DNA of 39,993 nt, taken from positions 1-39,993 of the forward strand of contig JAXMOL010000067.1 in assembly GCA_034669905.1 (NCBI GenBank), given 5' to 3'. The first letter of the stretch is position 1. Every line of letters starts with the position of its first letter. Origin of the DNA: Candidatus Hydrogenedentota bacterium. Its GTDB lineage: Bacteria; Hydrogenedentota; Hydrogenedentia; Hydrogenedentales; JAEUWI01. Below the pieces are notes generated by a model. The model worked only from the letters and a program-made list of their open reading frames with translations, did no database searches and was not told the origin of the DNA. The position numbers were made by a program, and so were the translations under genes. Positions 37,925-39,993 of the stretch are shown here, in pieces.

Positions 37925-39387
37925 TCATTTTGAAGGGGCGGCGGCATAATCCGCTCCCGCAGCACTCTGCGCACATTCGGTACGCCAGTTGGTGAGCAGG
38001 GCCTTCATCGCTGTGACACGGGACCGGAATTCCCGGCCAGGTTATTCGACTCGCCAGGGTCCGCAAGCAAGTCAAACAGCATATCGCCCTCCCCCGTGGG
38101 ACTGAAATCGGTGAGGAGCTTGAAGCGATTCTCGATGAGGCCGACTCGGGGCGATTTGCGGGACATCATGGTACCCGCACCACCCCGGGTCTCGAAGGCG
38201 ATGGGCTCCGCACGGGTCGTGATTCCATCGCGAAGTACGGGCACCAGACTCAGTCCATCCAGGGGCCGGGCATCCAAGCGCGCGACGCCGAGTAGCTCGA
38301 GGATGGTGGGCAGATAGTCACTCGTCACGGCGGGATAATCGGTCGTAGTGCCCGCCTTCACGTTGGCGGGCCACTCGAGCAATGCGGGCACGCGAATGCC
38401 TCCTTCAAAGAGCGAGCGTTTCCGTCCCCGGAAAGGTCCCGCACTGCCTGCATGTCTACCGCCCGCCTGATCGCCTTCGGGCCCATTGTCGGAGCAAAAG
38501 AAAAGGAGTGTGTCCTCGGCGACGTTTAATGCACGGAGTGTGGCACGGAGCCGCCCCACCTGCTCATCGAGTGCGGTAACGCAGGCGTAATAGTGTTGCG
38601 CCTCTTCATCGTATTCGGCGTAGCGTTTGCGATACTCCGGGCCGCCCACTACCGGACTGTGGGGTGCGTGAAACCAGATGACCGAGAAAAAAGGTTGGTC
38701 GGCTTCCACCGCCGCCTCGATGAAGGGCAGGGCCTTGTCCATGATAATGCGGGAGTCGTCGCCTTCCAGCCCTCCTTCTACGTTGACGCCATTATGCCAG
38801 TAGAGGGCCCGCGTATCGGGCGGAACATCTTTCCCCAGATGCGAATTGGCCGGGTCGTAAGGGTCCCACGTGGCGACCGCAAACTCCGTGCTGAACCACT
38901 CGTCAAATCCGTTCATCCCCGGCGTACTGTAATCTTCCGATGGATTACGCTTCTTCTTACCCGAGTAGTCGGGCGAAAGGGTGCCCAGATGCCATTTCCC
39001 GAAGTGGCCGGTGCGGTACCCCTGGGACTTCAACAGCTCGGCCAGGGTCCACTCTTCCGCCTTCATATGGCCCGCATTGGCGAAGGGAATGCCATAGCGG
39101 TAGGGATGACGACCCGTCAGGCAACTGCCCCGGGTCGGACTGCATACCGGTGCGGCGGCGTAGAAGCGGTTGAACTTCAGGCCTGCCTCGGCCATAGCAT
39201 CCAGGTGGGGCGTCTGGATAATTTTGCCACCGTTGAAGCCCACATCGCCCCAGCCGAGATCATCGGCCATCATGAGGATAATATTAGGGCGAGGTGATTG
39301 CGCGACGGACAACAGTGAGATTCCGATGGTCGCAATAAGGGATGTGGCAACGGCAAGTGCACGCCTCAATGAATTAATACGGCTCAT
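37925..39387 (-). pseudogene. Arylsulfatase-family sulfatase with apparent 1-nt frameshift near 38032-38034 (sequencing error or real lesion)
   Basis: PNIILMMADDLG, CSPTRGSCLTGR (formylglycine motif), GKWHLG, SDNG, EGGIRVP. The frame stops at 38005, but a sulfatase-like C-terminal helix continues in the adjacent frame to TGA at 37925. Confidence 0.8.
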
Positions 39388-39420
39388 GTTTCCCAATTTT
39401 CGGGCCTCACTGATTGCAAC

Positions 39421-39879
39421 TCACTCGTTGCCAATGCGCGACACAGATCGTTCCACATATCGGGGCCTATTGTTACCCGAATACGTGATATCAAAAATTC
39501 GCAGTAATTTCATTTCTGGATCATATTGTTCCTCGCTAATCAATAGTCCGGAATCTCCAAAGCGCAGTAGCCGAATAGAATGGGGAATCAAATCTTCCTC
39601 TGTTAGCGGGCCAACCTCAATCGCTCGTGCACCATCGAAACGTGCAGCAGGGGCTGAAGCAGCTTGCCGGTAATAAATTTTTTTGTATACACGCCCCTGT
39701 TCATCCGGAAACTCCCTGCAAGCAATCGTCCCATCCGCCGTAATCGAAGGGTACATCATCAAAACACCCTCATCATCTGAGGGACCGCACCCGCTACATA
39801 CCGACAAAATGTAGATTGATACAGCAATAAGGCAACTTGATTTCACCAATGCCCTGGAGTCAAGTTCTAAATGCAACAT
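39421..39879 (-). CDS. Hypothetical protein, possibly a lipoprotein
   Basis: 152-aa ORF with a hydrophobic N-terminus ending CSGC; visibly AT-richer sequence; start uncertain. Confidence 0.55.
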   Translation of the reverse strand: MLHLELDSRALVKSSCLIAVSIYILSVCSGCGPSDDEGVLMMYPSITADGTIACREFPDEQGRVYKKIYYRQAASAPAARFDGARAIEVGPLTEEDLIPHSIRLLRFGDSGLLISEEQYDPEMKLLRIFDITYSGNNRPRYVERSVSRIGNE

Positions 39880-39993
39880 GTTGTTCTATGCGTTGTTCTC
39901 TAAGGACTTGATTTGGCGATCGGTATCCTAGGATTTTTCTTCTTCGGTTGTTTAGTTCTTCCTCTATGATGTCCAGGCGTTCCTGTGTGAGCC

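Overview
GC-rich bacterial window with no rRNA, tRNA, CRISPR array or transposase visible. Gene content resembles Hydrogenedentota/PVC-type polysaccharide degraders; this is inference only. The left end (1-5810) is the most unusual part. A padR gene and two HAAS/'permease-prefix' membrane-sensor paralogs (near-identical N-termini, divergent C-termini) are bracketed by direct-orientation arrays of a ~174-bp REP-doublet-like palindromic unit. Each paralog is preceded by its own copy of a 324-nt ungapped element (about 83% identical by hand count) with a closing stem, nested stems, fixed-length variable blocks and an invariant anti-RBS segment. I regard this element as a candidate novel cis-regulatory or processed RNA. 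The rest holds secreted and catabolic enzymes (CehA/McbA-like hydrolase, PL17-like lyase, esterase, Gfo/Idh/MocA, PL10 lyase, transglutaminase-like protein, beta-propeller, GH-like protein), a YtrA-type GntR-ABC operon and two nidogen-like lipoprotein paralogs. It also holds a C-N hydrolase / amidohydrolase pair / Tat-signal DegT aminotransferase cluster, a YgiQ-family radical SAM gene, an AraC regulator, rimK and a frameshifted sulfatase. Several unrelated small intergenic repeat families are present. All alignments and folds were done by eye.
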